A stretch of 64,000 nt of DNA from Candidatus Woesebacteria bacterium (GTDB lineage: Bacteria > Patescibacteriota > Microgenomatia > UBA12405), in NCBI GenBank assembly GCA_035402805.1, contig DAONDY010000002.1:229111-293110 (forward strand). The letters are read 5' to 3'. Below the pieces are notes generated by a model. That model was not told the origin of the DNA and did no database searches. It saw only the letters and a list, made by a program, of their open reading frames with translations. Shown piece after piece: positions 60,936 through 64,000 of the stretch. The position numbers were made by a program, and so were the translations under genes. Position 1 is the stretch's first letter; each line of letters begins with the position of its first letter.

Positions 60936-60985
60936 CGGCCAGAGGCCGATCAGCCTGTGACTGAGGTTTTTTGTTAAAATGATTT

Positions 60986-61780
60986 ATGGAAATTTTATTG
61001 GCAATAATTACTTTTGTTTTAGGGTTATGTTTCGGGAGTTTTGTGAATATGTTGATTTATCGAACAGCGATTAAATATAAATTGGATAAAAAAAAATTTA
61101 AGACAAATAAGAACCGAAGTTTTTGTGATTACTGTGGAAGACAATTGAAATGGTATGAAAATATACCCGTGTTTTCTTGGTTGTTTTTAAAAGGGAAAAC
61201 TAAATGTTGCCATAAAAAACTATCAGTCTCCTACCCTATTGTGGAACTTTTAATGGGAATTATTTTTGTAATTTTTAATTTTCAATTTTCAATTTTCAAT
61301 CAAATTAAAATTTTCAATTTTCAATTTTTATTAGGATTAGTGATTGTTGTTTTGTTGGTTTTTAGTGCGGCATTTGATTGGAAATATATGATTTTGCCTG
61401 ATTTTTCGACAATTATATTAATAATAGTGGCTTTTTTGGGAGTTGTCTTTGATGAAACTAACATAATCCCCTATTTACTGTCATCATTAGTGGCTGCTGG
61501 TTTTTTGTTAATTTTAAATTTAATTACCAAAGGTAAAGGAATGGGAATGGGAGATGTAAAATTAGCCATTTTTATGGGATTATTTTTGGGATATCCAAAT
61601 ATTATTGTAGCTTTTTATGTGGCTTTTATAATTGGAGCAATATACGGATTAGGGTTGATAATTTTAAAAAAGGCCAATAAAAAAAGTCAGCTACCATTTG
61701 GACCATTTTTAATAATAGGAACATTAACGTCTTGGTGGTTTGGACAAAAAATTGTAGAATTAATAAAAATTATATTATGA
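60986..61780 (+). CDS. pilD: Prepilin peptidase PilD (A24 family) with an N-terminal zinc-binding CxxC pair
   Basis: CDYCGRQL...KCCHKKL and a polytopic TM region containing an aspartyl protease motif. Contains a 7-nt tandem repeat (61279-61324). Confidence 0.8.
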   Translation: MEILLAIITFVLGLCFGSFVNMLIYRTAIKYKLDKKKFKTNKNRSFCDYCGRQLKWYENIPVFSWLFLKGKTKCCHKKLSVSYPIVELLMGIIFVIFNFQFSIFNQIKIFNFQFLLGLVIVVLLVFSAAFDWKYMILPDFSTIILIIVAFLGVVFDETNIIPYLLSSLVAAGFLLILNLITKGKGMGMGDVKLAIFMGLFLGYPNIIVAFYVAFIIGAIYGLGLIILKKANKKSQLPFGPFLIIGTLTSWWFGQKIVELIKIIL

Positions 61781-62436
61781 GAAAAAATGGTTTTACTTTA
61801 GTGGAAATATTGATTGTGATGGTAATTTTGGTAATGATAGCAATGATGATGATTGGAACTTTTAACGCAATAGGAGTGACCAATAAAGGTAGAGACGCTA
61901 GAAGAAAAAAGGATTTAAACAGGATTAAAATTGCTTTTGAAGAATATTTTAATGATAAGGGTGAATTTCCAACCGGTACTTTATTGGTTGACTTAAAAGA
62001 TAAAAAAAATTGTGGAAGTTCAAGTGTTTTTGCACCATATTTAAATCCTTGGCCTTGTGACCCAAATGGTAACCCTTATTATATACATGTGGAAAATAAC
62101 CAGTTTAGAATAATTACTAACTTGGAAAACAAAAAAGATAAAGATATCCCTGAGGGATGGTATATAAAAAATGATTTTAATTTTCCGGTTTTAAGTTTAG
62201 CTACTAATGATGCAAATTACGGTGTTTCTAGCGCCAATATTTTATGGTATGACGGTTTAGTACGTGATTATTCTATGTGTAATGTAACTGAATGTTTCAA
62301 TGGTGATGAAGGCTGTAAAGATGTTACTCACAGTGGTGGTTGTTTTGGTAATGATTGTTTTTATAGTAATAGCAGTCTAGGAGGCTGTATTCCTGAATGC
62401 TCGGTTCCCTGTTGTGGTGATAAATGTAATCAATAA
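61777..62436 (+). CDS. Type IV pilin-like protein (Cys-rich C-terminus)
   Basis: MRKNG|FTLVEILIVMVIL prepilin N-terminus. The start is taken at the internal Met. Confidence 0.65.
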   Translation: MRKNGFTLVEILIVMVILVMIAMMMIGTFNAIGVTNKGRDARRKKDLNRIKIAFEEYFNDKGEFPTGTLLVDLKDKKNCGSSSVFAPYLNPWPCDPNGNPYYIHVENNQFRIITNLENKKDKDIPEGWYIKNDFNFPVLSLATNDANYGVSSANILWYDGLVRDYSMCNVTECFNGDEGCKDVTHSGGCFGNDCFYSNSSLGGCIPECSVPCCGDKCNQ

Positions 62437-62453
62437 AAATAGTAAAATGACTT

Positions 62454-62894
62454 ATGAAAAAAAATTTTAATGTTTTTGAATTATTAATAATAATTATTGT
62501 TATATCTGTACTATCATTTATAACTTATCGTCAATTTGTTTTGGCCCAAGAAAAATCCAGAGACTTACAGAGAAGATCTGATTTACATGAATTTTCGAAA
62601 ATAATCAAATTATATTATGGTGATTATAAAAAATTACCAGATGAGGAATTAATCAATAATCTTTGGGGAAAAAGTTTTATAGACAGTGGTTATACTTATG
62701 CTGATTCGGTTCCAAAAGAGAAAAATGGGGAAAAGGAATATTGTTATCAAATTGGAGAGGATGGTCTTTCCTTTAAAATATCGGCTGAGTTTGAAAATAA
62801 AAATGATCCGGAGTGCAAAACAGAGGGGCAGTTGTGCGGCGGAGTTAAATATTGCTATACTGATATTGTCTATGTTAATAAAACATCAAAGTAA
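62454..62894 (+). CDS. Pilin-like protein with an atypical prepilin N-terminus
   Basis: MKKNFNVFELLIIIIV hydrophobic N-terminal helix with Glu5. Confidence 0.5.
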   Translation: MKKNFNVFELLIIIIVISVLSFITYRQFVLAQEKSRDLQRRSDLHEFSKIIKLYYGDYKKLPDEELINNLWGKSFIDSGYTYADSVPKEKNGEKEYCYQIGEDGLSFKISAEFENKNDPECKTEGQLCGGVKYCYTDIVYVNKTSK

Positions 62895-63300
62895 AGGTAT
62901 TTTTGGTTTTAGTTTAATAGAGCTTTTAGTAGTTATTTCAATTATTGGAGTATTAACAGCGGTATTAACAGCTAATTTTATGGGGATGAGAGAAAGAGCT
63001 AGAGATGCTCAAAAAATTCAAGATCTAAATTCGATGAAGAGTGCCTTGAGGATATACTATAATGATCATCAAAGTTATCCAGCCACACAGGCTGATTTTG
63101 TTAAAGATGTTGGGACGAGTAATTATATGCCAAATTTAATGGGTATTGGCTTTAGTTATAATTATTTGGTTACTTCGGGTGGAGATGGTTTCGTTTTAAC
63201 AGCTCCATTGGAATCTGGAGCTGGAACTGATGATACTGACTCTCAAACTAAATGTGGGCTTGGAGCTTCTGATAAAATTTTTGCAGTTTGTGCAAATTAA
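62872..63300 (+). CDS. Type IV pilin-like protein
   Basis: KGIFG|FSLIELLVVISIIGVL. The start is taken at the internal Met (MLIKHQSKG). Confidence 0.6.
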   Translation: MLIKHQSKGIFGFSLIELLVVISIIGVLTAVLTANFMGMRERARDAQKIQDLNSMKSALRIYYNDHQSYPATQADFVKDVGTSNYMPNLMGIGFSYNYLVTSGGDGFVLTAPLESGAGTDDTDSQTKCGLGASDKIFAVCAN

Positions 63301-63302
63301 TA

Positions 63303-63779
63303 AAAATGAAAAAAATAAAAAATAATTTAGGGTTTACATTAGTTGAATTATTGGTAGTGATCTCAATCATGGGAATTTTAACGGTTATTTCGGTGGCTTC
63401 TTTTACTAGTGCCCAAATTAAAGCTCGTGACTCTCAAAGAAAATCTGATTTAGATCAGACTGCAAAAGCTTTAATGTTGTATTACGGTGATACTGGGACA
63501 TTTCCGGCTGAAGGTGATTTTAAATTTGGATATGAAGAAGATAATGGTTTTAAAATTGGAGAAACTATTTATATGAGAAAAACACCTAAAGATCCGAAAG
63601 ATTCTAGTGATTATGTCTATGTTTATAAAACTGATGGTAAGTCCTTTAATTTATTTGCTAATTTAGAAAACAAAAAAGACTCCCAATGTAATGGTTCTTA
63701 TGCTATTACTGGTGTGGGTAGTACCTTTTGTTATGGTGTTTCTAGTCCAAATTCATTAGTTAAAAGTTGGTTAGAATAA
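63303..63779 (+). CDS. Type IV pilin-like protein
   Basis: MKKIKNNLG|FTLVELLVVISIMGIL. Confidence 0.7.
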   Translation, partial: KMKKIKNNLGFTLVELLVVISIMGILTVISVASFTSAQIKARDSQRKSDLDQTAKALMLYYGDTGTFPAEGDFKFGYEEDNGFKIGETIYMRKTPKDPKDSSDYVYVYKTDGKSFNLFANLENKKDSQCNGSYAITGVGSTFCYGVSSPNSLVKSWLE

Positions 63780-63781
63780 AT

Positions 63782-64000
63782 TATGAAAAAAAATAAAAAC
63801 GAAAAAGGATTTACACTTTTTGAACTTTTGGTTAGTATTTCAATTATTGGAATTTTGACAGCCTTGGCTTCGGTGGCTTTTTCAGGAGCACAAAAGAAAG
63901 CTAGAGATGCTAGAAGAGTTCAAGATATTAAAGCAATTCAGACTGCTGCGGAACAATACTATTCACAGAATAGCTATGTTTATCCTACTAACAGCACAAC
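63782..64000 (+). CDS. Type IV pilin-like protein, 3'-partial at the window end
   Basis: MKKNKNEKG|FTLFELLVSISIIGIL. Runs off the window. Confidence 0.65.

Noticed and set aside
62686-63300. 204-aa ORF beginning at 62686
   Set aside because: The first 62 codons overlap the preceding pilin-like gene out of frame. The real gene is the pilin that begins at the internal Met (62872), with a class III signal peptide.

Overview
This 64-kb window looks like a low-GC, small-genome bacterium of the CPR/Patescibacteria type. It has compact genes, short proteins, divergent lipoprotein-maturation enzymes and a large type IV pilus locus. It is mostly housekeeping.

- Translation: rpsB, tsf, frr, rpsU, rpsF, rpsR, rpmE, a release factor, pth, cysS, hisS and three tRNAs (His, Leu, Ala).
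- Replication and repair: topA, dnaX-ybaB-recR, ssb, dnaB, gyrB-gyrA, ligA, holB.
- Envelope: PBP2/FtsI, RseP, CtpA, HtrA, Lgt-like, LspA-like, PAP2.
- A MacA/MacB-type ABC efflux set and EpmA/EpmB for EF-P modification.
- A pilB-pilT-pilC-pilin-pilD cluster followed by at least five pilin-like genes.

The best candidate for a novel system is a four-gene plus-strand operon at 9.17-13.6 kb. It encodes an 817-aa cysteine-rich modular protein ending in a dockerin-like module, two cohesin-like proteins (one LPXTG-anchored), and an FN3 protein with tandem dockerin repeats. Together these look like a cell-surface cohesin-dockerin assembly system.

Other items worth a second look:
- A structured ~85-nt element in two copies with compensatory stem mutations. 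One copy abuts a truncated YbeY-like gene.
- An RF1-like release factor lacking N-terminal domain 1.
- An 850-bp ORF-free region carrying tandem iteron-like repeats, an AT-rich tract and an SD-led 12-codon mini-ORF, next to a XerD-like recombinase.
- Two 32-bp perfect palindromes with identical arms flanking a small Nif3-domain ORF.
- A recurring terminator / TATAAT / leaderless-start arrangement.
- A 7-nt tandem repeat inside pilD.

Every call rests on motif recognition by eye; no searches were run.
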